NCBI GenBank assembly: GCA_964016885.1
Contig: OZ024745.1
Span: 113,150,001 to 113,214,000, forward strand
Direction: 5' to 3'
DNA length: 64,000 nt
DNA from: Eledone cirrhosa
Lineage: Eukaryota
Of the stretch, positions 1 to 15,968 are shown piece by piece. Position numbers and translations under genes: made by a program. A model generated the notes under the pieces. It did not search any database and had not been told where the DNA came from. It was given only the letters and a program-made list of their open reading frames with translations. Positions within the stretch are counted from its first letter, which is position 1. Each line of letters begins with the position of its first letter.

Positions 1-639
1 AATAAATGTTACTTTGTAACATAGTAGTCAATAATAGCATCATATTTTACAGAAATTCAGTTTCTAAAGCAATAATAAATCAGTAAAACCCTACATAACT
101 ATTAAGGTATGTTGGTGTTTTTGTGTTTGTGTGTCTATGTGTGTATAGATACGCATTCTTAGTGTGTGTATAGAAATGCCTATGTGTTTGTATAGATATA
201 CCCTTTCAGTAGAATATAGTTTCCCCAGTTACACTCCAAGGTATATAAATAAATGAGTTTATTCACCAATTCTGCAGTTAATTATATAATATATCTGTAT
301 AATGCATATGGGTATTAGATTTCTATACAACGTCACTCGAGAACCGAGTCTACAAAATCCTTAAAGACCAAGACTGCTTCAGTGAGAATTTCAATAAGAA
401 ATTCGTTAACGTCTGGACTCACCAGACATTACAACTCATCCCAAGTCAGGATACTTCATTATCGAAACTCTTTTTCCATAGTAAAAAGACAGGCAAGATT
501 CAGTCCTGAGAAGACAGAAATGACTCGATGTACTTTTCAAATGCACTGACAGATGAAGGCAACCAATCCACGTGTTTCCAGCTCATATCCATTACTAAGT
601 ACTGGAGAATCGCCACTGTTGATCCTTGAAATGAGGCTG

Positions 640-2030
640 TAATAGCTCACTTGCTACACACAGGGAACACCTTACCTTTCTACCGAAGATGAGGTCAAGA
701 AGGCCATTTTTGAGCTCCACGAGGAATGTCTATTTGCAGCAAGGAAACACCTCTAATGGAGTACGAAAACAACTCAATGCGTAATCTCTACAACACGAAA
801 AGAAATCATTAATGCTTCTGCAATTACCGGGGTGTATCTTATCTATCAATCGCTGTTCTTGAACCATTTTATTATCCAGCTTGTACATGACATTCTTCCT
901 GAGGGTCAGTGTGATATTAGAGTATCATGTTACAGACGACATGGTGTTTGTAACATGGCAATTTTGAGTTAGTTGTCTGAGGTACTATTGTAATGTCTAC
1001 ATATCATCAGTAGATCTTATACAAGCATTTGTCCCTTTCAATCGTGCAGAGTTCTTGAGAATGGAAACGATGGTATAGATTTCCTGACAGAGGATGTTTT
1101 TGTGGTAAGATGAGAATGGCATTCTACGTCAAAAACGGCGTTAAAACGGCTTTTATGCTGACTCAAATCTTTGCTGATTGATGTATTCCATGACGCAATG
1201 TGTATCTTTGCCATACATATTGCATTGAGAAGACTCCGGGGAAAATTTTAGAAGAAGTAGGACAGACACTAAGCTAGTTTTTAACAGTTTATTACTACAC
1301 TCTCAGTGCAAACTCAGAATCTAAGATATCGTAAAGCATATGTACGATCATCTCTGCTTGCCTATAACTTCAGTATCACCATCAGTTCAAAGAAAATTGT
1401 ACCGTAGTAGAATTACCAAAGGAAGCTAAGACTTCAGTAGTTTTTGCAATATCGTCTAAAGCAAAGAAGTGTCTTAAACTCCAAACCAATTTGAATGTAT
1501 GTATACATTTTGTTTCTCCAACCAACTTAAGATATGAATGGTTTACAGCTGGAGCACCTAAATGTTTAATATAGTTCTTTTTTTCTGTCTGCACAAAATG
1601 TTACACATTCGTTTGACCGGACAAGGTCATAGAAAATGAACTTCTCAACCACATAGTGTCGCAGAGAATTCACACTATCCTTGGCAGAACGCAACACCGT
1701 TGATCATGTCGCATTTCAAGAATGGATGAAGAACGATTTCAGAAACCTTTTTTTACAGTGACTGTGTAGGGTGAGATGTCTAGACAGTGGACATAGCTCT
1801 AGAGACACTAACTATAATATATCTTCACCATCAATACAAAGTAAAGACCTTTGCTACAGAAACATTTTGCTGGTGCTCAGCCCATCTAGTCCAGAGTAAT
1901 CCTGGACTAGATGGGCTGAGCAGAAGAAAGAGCCGAGAGCATGTGTTGGCAAAAACAGGACACGTCACCCATTCCCAGATATATTCATGAATAATATATT
2001 GGTCATCATTCATACGAATTAACAAACGAG
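640..2030 (+). pseudogene. Heavily decayed RTE-like LINE reverse transcriptase remnant
   Basis: Hand-translated patches LPEGQCDIR (~895), TDDMVFVTWQ and VDLIQAF resemble the RTE RT motifs LPESQCGFR, TTDMIF and DLxKAFD. Many stops and frameshifts; boundaries approximate. Confidence 0.5.
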
Positions 2031-2450
2031 TATTGTACTTTTCTTACTCACATATTTAGTAGAGTACAAATTTCTTTTTTGAGAAACAAGACAACATTCA
2101 GAATGAATATTGAAACCTGTTAAGATTCACTTCGTTCGCGTGATGTTTCATTACGTAGATGGAAAACAATTATCATTTAATACTATTTCTTACTGATTTG
2201 AAATTCTTAAAATACATCTGGGGTAAGATTAGACAGTGTTGACATGACAGTAATGATTCCTTCTTTTGTTCAAAGCAAGTCAAGTTAATCGTGTTGATGG
2301 AAAACAGAGCGAAATACCTCAATTGAGATACAAAAGGGACGTAACTATGCTGGAAATTTTCTTATAGTCAGTGACATATTAATTCAGTCTGAAGATTACA
2401 TTAATTGAAATATTTAACCCCTTACACCCGCCCCATATATATATATATAT

Positions 2451-2636
2451 AGTAACCAGTAAGACCCCGACGGCTGAGCTCAAGCCGTTTCGACGGCTAA
2501 TTCTGGACTAACGTCGAAACGGCTTGAGCTCAGCCGTCGGGGTCTTACTGGTTCCTATTACCCACTCTACTACCCTAAGTATTGAGTACTTTGGTGCGCT
2601 ATGGTCCACCTGGTTCCTTACCACATTTCCTTCGTT
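2451..2636. mobile_element. PLE-like fold-back 3' end, family P1 (other copies 7971-8108, 13921-14113, 25322-25508, 40844-41130)
   Basis: Inverted arms (2451-2510 and 2512-2636) flanked by (TA)n. Carries the HHR 3' half GAA-ACGGCT-loop-AGCCGT-C-GGGGT. Constant 3' end ...CCTTCGT-(TA)n. Confidence 0.75.
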
Positions 2637-2649
2637 ATATATATATATA

Positions 2650-3185
<536 letters not shown>

Positions 3186-3188
<3 letters not shown>

Positions 3189-3650
3189 TATGTGTGGGAA
3201 ATGAAATTTCATTTCATTTTTTCCGTTTATCGTTTCCGGTGCCCCCGGCCGATTAACCCACTCGATATGCAAATTGGGCTACTCAGCCGTTATTATGCAT
3301 AAGGTAAGTATATACGTTCAACAATCTGGCAGGAAGGTATACGTTGCTGACGATAGCTAATAAGCTTGAAACTAGTACAGCGTTCCTTTGTCAGTGTTGT
3401 AAAAACGAGCAACGATGGTTGCTAGACACTACGGCTTAATACGGGTTGTTTGTTTACAAACACACCGAGCATTATAATAAATGTTCGGTGAATCCATACG
3501 TACATATATATATGTGTGCATGTATGTATATATATATACATACTACTGTACGTCTGTATACATATATGTATGTACGTATACATACTTATATTTAAGTAAC
3601 AGCCGTACTAAGAGTGGGAAATGAAATTTCGTTTCATTTTTTCCGTTTTT
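3186..3650 (+). mobile_element. Retrozyme-like element family B, 420-bp monomer plus terminal redundancy
   Basis: GTGGGAAATGAAATTTC...TTTTTCCGTTT occurs at 3194 and 3614 (period 420). Flanked by (TA)n, contains an HHR, no ORF. Confidence 0.8.
3341..3383 (+). ncRNA. Minimal type I hammerhead ribozyme
   Basis: ACGTTG-CTGACGA-TAGCT aata AGCTT-GAA-ACTAGT-A-CAGCGT: stems I and II, palindromic stem III, GUA site. Confidence 0.9.
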
Positions 3651-3934
3651 ATATATATATATATATATATATCAGGTTGTTTTTTCATATATGAGTGAAG
3701 TTTGGTTGGTTGATGCAGTCACGTGAATAAGCACATAAGCTTTCGCGCCAGTTTGTGTTTGAATTTCTTTTTACTTAAAAAAAAGTGGCTCACGAAGGCT
3801 TTTTTTAATAAATGTAATTTGATTGGTTATAAATGAAATAATGACTGTCATGTGAACAAGTACATTAAATTTCGCGCCCGTATTTTGGAATTTTTTATAC
3901 CCATTAGAGAATTTTGTGCCAAACAAAAGATAAT

Positions 3935-4118
3935 TGTTTCTACTTTTGGCACAAGGCCAGCAAATTACCCAGTGCATTACTGGTACTTTATTTTATCGAC
4001 CCCGTAAGGATGAAAAGCAAAGTTAGCCTCGGTGGGATTTGAACTCAGAATCACAAGGATCGTAACTCTATGCGTCAAAGCATGGCGTCCGATCCTCTAC
4101 CGATACTGCCAATCCACC
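3935..4118 (-). mobile_element. Octopus-type tRNA-derived SINE with target site duplication (TSD)
   Basis: Matches the SINE at 49548. TSD CCAAACAAAAGATAAT at 3919-3934 and 4117-4132. Confidence 0.9.
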
Positions 4119-5071
4119 AAACAAAAGATAATGGTCAAGAAAAAGGGATGGGGAAAGTTGTTCTGAGTATGACTGATGTGCTGAAATGTAATTTGATTGG
4201 TTATAAATGAAATTATGACTGTCACCTGAACAAGTTCATTAAATTACGTGCCCGTATTTGAGAATTCATTTGGTGCCTTTTAGAGAATTTTGTGCCAAAC
4301 AAAAGATAATGGTCAAGAGAAATGGGATGGGGAGAATTGTTCTGGTTCAGTGAATATGGCTGGTGTGCTGGGGTGTCAGAATTCAGACTTTTTATTGAAA
4401 TAAAGAAAGTAGAGATATGTATGTTTATTTGTGTGATGGTGTATATATACGTTGTATATTTTATATTGTTGTAAACTGTTTGGCGCCAAAATCTAATAGT
4501 AATAGATGATGGGGACGGTGTTGATGTTCGTTATAGAATATTGGAATATTGAGATGCCCGGAGATTGAATGTCTTCTAGAACTGTATTTGTGCAGCTGTG
4601 ATATTATGTAATCTGACCTTTAATGTTATATATCAATATAATGAGGTTTGTTGGTGCTGCTGTATCTAATAAATCCGCCTCAGTTACTCATTAAAGTATA
4701 TAATGTCAAAGATACAGATGAAAGTTTGGTTGAAGAATGTCACCAGACACATTTCAATTGTAATCTGTCTATTGTATAGTTACTTTTCCAAATAGCTGTT
4801 GGTAACGGGGAATTTGTTTACACAACATTGTGAACAGGGAGATGTTCTCTTTGGACTCGGTTCAGAGCCGGATCTGTGCTGTTCAATAAATCGTTCTTGC
4901 ATTAGCACAAAGCGGGCTATTTGTCGGAATGGGAAAATCGATTATATCGAACCCAGTATTTTATTTCATCGACCCGGGAAGGATGAATGGCAAAGGTGAT
5001 CTCAGAACACAGAACGTAAAGAGCCAGGACCAAATACTAATTACGACTCGTTGCCTTCGGCTCCTGATAAC

Positions 5072-5280
5072 AATTGTTTCTATCATAGGCACAATGCCAG
5101 CAATTTTTGCGAGGTGGGACGTCGATTACTTTAATCATACCAGCACTTTACTGGTACTTTATCGAACCAGGAAGGAAGAAAGGCAAAGTTAGCCACTGCA
5201 CGATTTTAACTCAAGACATCGTAACTAGACGCCATAAATTATTTTCTCCCACGCCATTCCAATGCTTCCAATCCACCCTA
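5072..5280 (-). mobile_element. Older, diverged copy of the main SINE
   Basis: TGTTTCTATCATAGGCACAA...CTGGTACTTTATCGA...CAATCCACC. Confidence 0.7.
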
Positions 5281-6773
5281 CTCTGCTGTTTAGTAGTGAA
5301 ACTGAAATATAAACTGTCAATTATCGAACCTCATTTAATTATTTCCTCCGTAAAATAGGATAGACTGCCACCCGCTTAAGGGGAAAGATCCGCAAGATGG
5401 GGTGGCTGTTGCAGCAGATGTATCTAGCTTTCCTTGGGGCGCGGCTGAAGCACTGTTCAGACTGGAGTTTAGTGTCTGTCCCTCACTCTCCCCCTCTTTT
5501 TCATTCATTGCTTGATTCTTTATTCTTTTTCTTCTTTTCATTACCTTATTTTTGTCCCCTTTTAATAGTGTGTTTTGTTTTTGTATAAACAGCTTTTTAT
5601 TAAAAAAAAAAAAAGATTCAAAAGAAAATATTCTATAGATAATAAATCCCCAGAAAAATATGACAAAAAAATTATTTGGCTTTTATGGTACTATTTCATT
5701 TATTCATTTTATATAATTCTGTTTATGTTTTTCAGCCCCAATTCTTGCCTAATTTTCTCTCATAGTGTTAAAAAACGTCTTATCGAATATGTTAATTTAA
5801 GTAAATGTATATTTAAGTAAAACACGAAGGCGATTAGGCTGCTATACGTTGTAGTCATTTGATTTGTTTTAAGAATGTTTTGTGTATTTACTTATATATT
5901 CTTTCATTTTTCTCCGTATGAGATCCAAACATGCCATATTTGAATAAATTATATTTCGTAGTTCAATGAGGAGGAATAATTACAGACTCTTCTGTGATTC
6001 TCGTTAAAGAAAATGCGTCATATTGCTTTCTCGGTGTTAAATAACAACTATTTCGTAAGCTAGATATTGTAAAAAGAGAGTAAATCAGTTACATAAAGAA
6101 AACAACGTATGTCATAGTATTTACATGTTTATGTGCTACCAACCAACTCCGATGAAAAGGTCTAAAATATGACCATATGTATTTTGAATAATATCATCTC
6201 TGTGCTTTCTTAGTATTAAATCCAGTAATATAGTAGAAGAGAGATCACAACACCCCAAACGAATATTTGAGAACTAAATCCTGCCTAATCTTTTCTGTTT
6301 GTAAAAATCTTGGCTTAGTGAGATAATTAACACTGATTTCTTATCATTTCCTTTTCTCTCTATCTTATTCCAGCATCAATTCTGTCTTATTCATAGACAT
6401 TCCGGTTGTCAAGGAGAATGTATAGATTTCTGACTATATTGTACATTTATATTTAGAATGATCAGTGATTTTATAAATAATTCCTGTACGCGCTTCCTGG
6501 GGGCAAAGATATTAAAAGGGCAAGTTATAGTTGAGGTTGAAATTCATCAAAATGGTTTTATATTATTTCCCTGAAACCATAAAACATAACAGAGGAGAAT
6601 AGGTTGTTAAAGTGGCAGATATAGTGGATATAGATGTGTCGTATATACAGCAAAAAGATATGATTTGCAGTATTACAGAGCGTTCAACATACTATTTTAT
6701 GAACAATGTCAGAACACATGTACATACAAACATAGTCTTAGAATCGAATAAGGCACACACACATACACACTCA

Positions 6774-6857
<84 letters not shown>

Positions 6858-6952
6858 TAAATATATAAATATATATATATATATGTATATATGTATATAT
6901 ATATATAATATATATATATGTATATATGTATATATATATATGAATATATACT

Positions 6953-6986
<34 letters not shown>

Positions 6987-7076
6987 GAATATATATATAT
7001 ATATATGAATAAATATATATATATATATATATATGAATATATATATATATATATATGAATATATATTATATATATA

Positions 7077-7136
<60 letters not shown>

Positions 7137-7700
7137 CAGATATATATATATATATATACACACACATACATATATACACACACATATATATTTATATGTG
7201 TGTGAGTGTATTAGTGAAGGACTATTACTGTTCCATGCCGTTGAATGTATATATTGTTTAGGCGAAAGAAAAAGGTGGAGGCCAGTAGAGAAGAGGGTGG
7301 GGAAGTATAGAAAGCAGAAAAAATGGTGAGCTAATAGGAAAGAAGAAACAAAAGGAGAGGAGCGAATAGTGGAAGAAAGGATGAAAGACACTGAAAGGGG
7401 AATGATAGGGAGAGAAAGATACTAGTAGTGTAGAAGGCTGAACAAGAGAAGCTACAAGGGAGTGGATGTAAAAGGGAGTGTTGGAAAGGGCAAGTGAAAG
7501 GATTGGTGGAGGGTAGGTGAAGAAGAGAAAAAAGAGAAAGAAGAAAGAGAGAGAGAGAAAGAGTGGTGGAACAAGATTGGTTATATATCATGTATTGATA
7601 TTATGATATAATCGTAGCCTTTAATTGAGATTACACAAGTGCGCGCGCACACACACACGCATGTACATACTCATACACACTTACACTCATGTACCATTAT

Positions 7701-7753
7701 ATTTTGTCTGATGAGGACGTACTGTTGTACATCCGACATATGTATAATAAAAT
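7701..7753 (+). ncRNA. Hammerhead motif with a core mutation (GACA for GAAA) in a P3-related PLE 3' end (7690-7895)
   Basis: ATTTTGT-CTGATGA-GGACGTAC tgtt GTACATCC-GAC-ATATGTAT-A-ATAAAAT. Confidence 0.75.
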
Positions 7754-8117
7754 GTAATTGATCAAAAGAACATCCATTTTATTAATACTTATATTTTAAT
7801 ATTAATAACTCCAGAAATTTTTTTTTTTTGCCGTTGAGTGCTTCCAATCTACTGTAAAACTAATTCTTTGACATAATCATTGAATATTGTTTAACACTTT
7901 AACATATATATATATATATATATATTTGTGTGTATATGTGTGACTGAGTGTATGAGTGTATGTGCCTGAGACTCCAGAAATAGCCGTCGAAACGGCTTGA
8001 GCTCTGCCGTCGGGGTTAAACATTTTCCTATTACCCACTCTACTACCCTAAGTATTGAGTACGCTGGTGCGTTATGGTCCATCTGGTTCCTTACCACACC
8101 TCCTTCGTTATATATAT

Positions 8118-8187
<70 letters not shown>

Positions 8188-8436
8188 ATTATCTCATTTT
8201 ATTTTTTCATTGCTTGAGGATTAGTAAAATGTGTAACGTATAGTCGTAAAAATGTGTAGTAGAAATGTAATTATAGCTTAGAATAAATTGGTAACACTCA
8301 TAACGCCCCAGGTAAATTTATTTTTGCCGCGTTCATCACACTTTCGTACTGTTTACTCTGTTGTACATACACACATATTGACGCACAGGCAGTCAGACAG
8401 ACAGACAGATAGACAGATAGACAGACAGATTCATAT

Positions 8437-8475
<39 letters not shown>

Positions 8476-8864
8476 CGTTTCTGAATTTGTTTAGCAAGAT
8501 TCTAAATAAATAAACAAATAAATAAACAAATATAAACACACACAGATACCCGGATATAACACGTGCGCAAACTAAGCACACAACACACACAAAAACAAGA
8601 TGGCGTGGGACAGAACAAAGGAGAGGCACAAAAACAAAGAAAAGAATCCCCAGTCACTGAAGAGGTTACAGAATGTGTGACGAAAGAACTTTGACAATAT
8701 ATAAACAATCATCTGGTTGTGGAACCAACCAACCAACCGGAAATTTATAAATTCCTAAATTTATAAATTTATTATAATAAATTGAAGTGAAAGTAACTGG
8801 TGCGTGTGTTTCTTATTGGCAACATGACCCTCCCAAAGTATAACAATATATATATATATATAAA

Positions 8865-9064
8865 AGGTAAGTTATTCCGAGTTGAATCGGAGGTAACCAC
8901 AGTAAGGTACTCAATATATAGAAGGGTATAAACATTTTAATATACATGAGATTCTACAGGACTAGAACTGTTTCATTCTTTAGAAATCATGATGATGATT
9001 ATATATATAATCATCGTGATGATTTCTAAAGAATGAAACAGTGGTAGTCCTGTAGAATCTCATC
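8865..9064. mobile_element. PLE-like fold-back 3' end, family P2
   Basis: Inverted repeat centred on a short (TA) filler at ~9005. Same sequence as 15060-15262 and 38187-38874. Confidence 0.75.
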
Positions 9065-9084
9065 TCTGTCTCTCTCTATATATA

Positions 9085-9768
<684 letters not shown>

Positions 9769-10080
9769 TGTATATACATATATTCAACTATATATATATA
9801 TGTATATATATATAGTTGAATAAATGAACAGAGAACAAAAGACAGAGAGGCAGTACAAATGGTATGGTTTTTAGTTTCACGCTTGAGAGTAGGGTCTGTG
9901 TATATTATATATATATATATATATATGACAATCGCCACCGACGAATGCGAGAATATTCTCCAGGAAAGTTAACCAGGAATCTTTAAAAATCTCCACACCT
10001 AAGTTAACAAAGACTTTACTAGATCTATAAAATTAAATTAAATTGTTTAGAACTAAGTCATTCTTTTCATTTATATATAT

Positions 10081-10925
10081 ACTAGCAGAATGGCCCGGCG
10101 TTGCTCGGGATTTGCTCTAGGGTTATTATATATTTGATATATATTTATCCTTATCGAGCCTCGTGAAATAAATACGTTTGTTTATATTTTGTTGTTGTGT
10201 ACGCAAACATATCTGTACACGAATATATAATTATATATATATTAAAATAACAGATTAAACGTTAAGCACAGAATCGCTGCTGTCACCCATAATGGGATCT
10301 TCTGAAACTAAAAAAATCTGTAGTGACCTACATTCCGCGGGCTCATATATATTCTCCGTGCGTTATTTGGCTCAGCCCAGTCAAAATTCCCGCGTCTATT
10401 CGAGAAATCTGCCATTTGCAGCCTGACCGTGGAAAGGTAAACAACTATTTTTATTTCGCCGTGAAATCACTAACCAAATGTAACACAACAATTTAACCAC
10501 GGCCTGGCAGATCTCTCTCTATAATTCTTAGTCTTTCTTTTTAGATAGATACATAGATATAACGTTGCACCCTTATATTATCTGTGTGTATGTCTTGCTG
10601 TCTGCATTACGATACATATATACACACAAACACACACACTGATCGCGTCATAATGACGTAATGCAGACAGCGAGACATACAGACAGATATTATAAGGGCG
10701 CAACGTTATATCTATGTATCTCTCTAAAAAGAAAGACTAAGAATTATAGAGAGAGATCGCTAAATCGCCTAATGCGGTCCCTAGAGCATTGAAAAATTGA
10801 ATTTATTTTTCTCAAAACACTCACAGGACCATAAGTATTACATGTGTAAAGTTTGAAAACAATCGGTTGGGTGGTTCTTGAGCTTTAGGGAGTCAGACAG
10901 CAGACAGACATTCTCTGTTTTATAT
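10081..10925 (-). mobile_element. Helitron/Helentron-like non-autonomous element, interrupted by a P4 fragment
   Basis: Minus strand ends in hairpin CCCGAGCAACGCCGGG plus CTAG. The other end ...GAAAACAATCGG...CAGACAGACA...TTTTATATA is shared with 52547-53080 and 58390-58625. Internal inverted repeat 10510-10758. Confidence 0.55.
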
Positions 10926-11659
10926 ATATATATATGAGCTGACGTACCCAGCTTCGCCCGGGTAAACAGATGATAAGAGAAGACAGGTAAAAGAGAAAAT
11001 GACTGTATTGGATGTTTGTCTGGTTACAGTATAAGGCGAGTCCGTGGTGTCTGTGTGATACAAAAAACAGTAAAAAAATCTTCCAGATATTCCAGATTCT
11101 TCGTTGTACCGTTTGTGCATAGAATATGAACAATTCTAGGTGCTCCCACCTAGAATAGTGACCTCTAGAAGATGGTTCATCCGTGCACTTACACACACGC
11201 ACACACTCACACATGTTGATAGTTTTTACTTTCTGTGGAACACTGCACACACGCACACAGACATAAACATACGTGCACGTACATACACACGCACACATGT
11301 TAATAGTTATTGCTTTACTTCCCCTCTTATTTCCACACACATCACACACACATGTCTCTACACTGACACATATACATAGTGTATCCAACACAGCGTTCAC
11401 TTGCCTCTCTGTTTCTTACTCTCCCCTCTCACTCCCACTTTGGCATTATGCATATTAATTTAAGTTTGGCGTCGTTGAGGTGGGCGGAGTCGTTTGACAC
11501 CTATGAACCAATGATAATCGAGAATTATGACACACGGAATACTGACATTGTTGAAATTAATATATAGATATAGCTGACTGAATACACACGTGCGTTTTCT
11601 CTAAAAACATTTTTTCCGTTCCTTCCTCTTGTCACTCTCTATCTTGCTATTCCATCTTT

Positions 11660-11766
<107 letters not shown>

Positions 11767-11869
11767 CTCTCCCTCTCTCTCACACACAGAAATATATATA
11801 TATATATATGAATATGTTAACAGAGGAAATTTATATGCATTTTAATGTAATTCTTTTTTTCGAATTTCA

Positions 11870-12995
11870 GGGAACTAGCAGTTTCATAGTGTGTACACAT
11901 AGAAGGATAAAACATTACAAGCAACTACATTAAACCTGGGCCAAACACCTACCATGGAATGAATAGGGTGTCGAAGCAAATAGTCACCAATACCATAGTG
12001 AGTATTTGTCGAAGCAAATACTCACTATGATAGACGATAGATTAGAAATGCTATCCAAACGAAATACTTTTATTACCATTAGATATAATGATTGTAACTT
12101 CGTTTCGAAACTTAACTGTAGTTAGGTCTGAAATCGGCTCAGATACCAAAAATATATTAATATATTAAGAAAACGCGGTATCACCATTAAAAGGGCTACT
12201 AACCGGACAGGGACTAACGTTATAAAGGTAATTAGAAGGTTTAGCAATATCAGTAAGAAAAATACTAAGATTTTAATAGGAAATTCTGTATTATTTTGCA
12301 TTGATCTCCAGTGCCCTATTAGGTCAGTGGACTTCGCAGATAGAATCGATGTTATAGCGGTCGATACCATTAAAAAAGTAATGTCCACAAGGAGAATCTT
12401 CTCCTTTAGTGAATGCACTTAATGGGTAAAAAGAACCAATCTGTGTAGACATTTTGATGTCATCAAGGGATCGTTTAACGGTGCGGACGTGTGCGATTTG
12501 GTTGGGTTGTACTTATTAGACACACTGAGGTATCCATCTTTACGTTTCAGCTTATACAGAGATGATGCTCTAGTTATCTCATATGGACATATGCAAGATA
12601 GACTAAGGAAATATATAACACAAGTGTTAAATAATTCAGCTTCAAAATTACTATAGCAACTAACCTAGTTTCTGTGTCCTTACTAGATATCATCCTACAC
12701 CTAAATGAAAACGTATCTAAATCCTGTATGAAGCCTAATGATAGACATATAGATGAAAAATCTTATCGCTGAAAACCCACAGTGTTTACAAAATTAGTAA
12801 AATAATTTCTAACCTCTCTTCAAAGTGCAAATTATTCAATAAATTATTCAATAAATTCCACCGAATAATACCGAAGAGAAACAGATGCTCAAACACAAGC
12901 TGGTTGGTGCTGCCTTTCTCATTGAACAACAAATCCAGCATCGGTAAGACATTTCTAGTGTTAATAGATAAGCATTTCCCCGCTAGCTAACTTCT
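11870..12995 (+). pseudogene. Decayed Penelope-like (Naiad-type) reverse transcriptase
   Basis: FDVIKGSFNGADVCDLVGLYLL from 12453 and LYRDDAL at ~12552 match the Naiad motifs FDVTMGSxDGAExCELVGLYxL and YRDD. Also NLVSVSLLDIIL...KPND. Multiple stops. Confidence 0.8.
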
Positions 12996-13075
<80 letters not shown>

Positions 13076-13116
13076 ATGTATATATATATATACGTCTCTC
13101 TCCTTCTCTCTCTCTC

Positions 13117-13183
<67 letters not shown>

Positions 13184-13186
13184 GTG

Positions 13187-13226
<40 letters not shown>

Positions 13227-13299
13227 ATAATAATAAAATTGAAGACTAAAATCCAAAGAGGCGATTCTTTACTTAAACTTTAATCTGTTATTTTAATAA

Positions 13300-13423
<124 letters not shown>

Positions 13424-14132
13424 CGTGTGTGTGTGTGTGTGTTAATATATTAAATACGAAGCAAAAATACGAAGCATTGTGAGATATGTAATAAATAGCA
13501 GATAAGTTACAGAAAGCCGTGCAATGCGGTAGAAATATATAAAGGACAAGGGATGACAAATAAAACAAGACAAAGTAATGTCTTAGTCAGTAGATGTCAA
13601 CATGATATTTCGTTCGGATTTGTTTTGAACCTCTCTCGTTTCACACTTGAAAAGAGGGTTTGAGCCCTGAAATATCATATTTAAATAGTTACATAACTTT
13701 AAGGATGAATGGATATGACCATCCTCAAATCTCACCTGCAAGAACAAAACTATGCCATACAAGTTGAGAAATACCAACATACATACATGCATATATACAT
13801 ACATTCATACTTACATTCATACACACACACACACATATACATAAAAAAAAAATATATATATACACATATAGATGAATAAATAAATACATATTTATATATC
13901 TATCTCTATATATATATATGACGAAGGAAATGTGGTAAGGAACCAGGTGGACCATAACGCACCAAAGTACTCAATACTTAGGGTAGTAGAGTGGGTAATA
14001 GGAACAAGTAAGACCCCGACGGCTGAGATCAAGCCGTTTTGACGGCTAATTCTGGACTAGAATTAGCCGTCGAAACGGCTTGAGCTCAGCCGTCGGGGTT
14101 TTACTTGTTCCTATATATATATATATATATAT

Positions 14133-14251
<119 letters not shown>

Positions 14252-14700
14252 CATATATATATACACAGTTCAAGAGTAACCAATCTTAAAGAGAAAGATG
14301 GAGATAGGAGAGGAGATAGGAGAGGAGAAGAGAGATTGGTCTAGTCCCATTTTTACTTATAGCTAATAAGTTAAATAGTTATAGCTAACTTAGATAATTA
14401 TAAGTTACCTCCCTTACATTGTCTCTCAATTACATTGTCTCTTAATTAAACAAAATTAGCACTTCTTAACTATAAACTACCCACAATTTCTAATTTCTTA
14501 CCCTGAAACCACCCTCTAATTAGTAAGGTAAATATGTCCATTGGCGGCCATCTTGTTACCCATAGGCAGATCTTACACAATGCAGCCTCGACAGAAGAAT
14601 ATTGCTCGACCATGGCAGACTATAGATATACCCAGGACACCATAGTGAAATACCAATATATGGAACATTACATTTATTTTAATTTATATTCCTTTTGAAG

Positions 14701-14817
14701 TTCCGATGAGCTGCTCTAATTTTACCTAAGTTAATTATCTTCAACTGAACCAGATCAATAATGATCTATAATCATTTGATCCAGAAACATTATATGGAGT
14801 AGCGAAACAATTGTAAA
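14701..14817 (+). ncRNA. Hammerhead-like motif with CCGAUGA core and long loop II, in a PLE-like 3' end (14270-14945)
   Basis: CCGATGA-GCTGCTC...80 nt...GAGTAGC-GAA-ACAATTGT-A. Stem I is weak. Confidence 0.6.
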
Positions 14818-14941
14818 TGGACATTATTAATATTATTATTATTATTCTCTACATTCCTTACATTAAACTAAAACTATGTTGACAATCTTTTAATAATGTC
14901 TTCCTTGTGAAATTTGAGATCTTGGTTTGCTTAACTATTGA

Positions 14942-15262
<321 letters not shown>

Positions 15263-15387
15263 TATATATATATATATATATATTAGTAAAAGGAAAAGAA
15301 CATGCTGACAAATTTTTCCCAGTGAAAAATAGTTTAATTAGGAATAAGTAAAAATTAGTAATAAGTATTGGTTAGTTTTAGTTTTAA

Positions 15388-15427
15388 GTTTTTACCGGTT
15401 GCGCATTTCTAATGCTTTTCAAAAATA
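15388..15427 (-). ncRNA. Degenerate hammerhead, U3-A8 core
   Basis: TTT-TTGAAAA-GCAT tagaa ATGC-GCA-ACCGGT-A-AAA. GAA is mutated to GCA. Confidence 0.5.
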
Positions 15428-15589
15428 ATTTTGAGATAGAGCGCCCGTGATGTTTGCTCTAATCTGATCAGTTTTGGAAACTCTACCTGTTTTATGTGAA
15501 AAAAGTGGCTCCAGAGGTATTAAGATTTGGTTGGTTGTTGAATGTCACGTGAATGAGTACTATAAGTTTCGCGTCAACATATATATATT

Positions 15590-15665
15590 TATTAAAATAA
15601 CAGATTAAAGTTTAAGAAAAGAATCGCTGCTTTCACCCTTAACGGGATCTTCTGAAACTAACAAA
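15590..15665 (-). mobile_element. PLE-like family P4 fragment with CAGAAGA-core HHR (15609-15659); other P4 pieces at 10113-10310, 13225-13300, 16388-16515
   Basis: Same sequence as 51300-51650. Confidence 0.7.
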
Positions 15666-15919
15666 ATCAATCTGTATATACGTATATACAACAATGGTGG
15701 GTGCCTAACTACATGAAGAAATGTGTAATGTGACAGCGGTTGTCATTGGCAAGTTGACAATTATATAACCTTAGAATAACAGATAACACCGATACCTATG
15801 GAATATGGCCAAAACTGTCAAGACTGAAGTCTATTCTTACAGCGTCGTTTTTCTGAATATTTTTAGTGATCAATCCATCTATCTTTATGTGTATCCTTCA
15901 CACTCATTTATATATATGC

Positions 15920-15968
<49 letters not shown>

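Noticed and set aside
3672-4950. Possible Neptune-like PLE remnant
   Set aside because: Shares short motifs with 15490-15580, but the translation is too decayed to assign.
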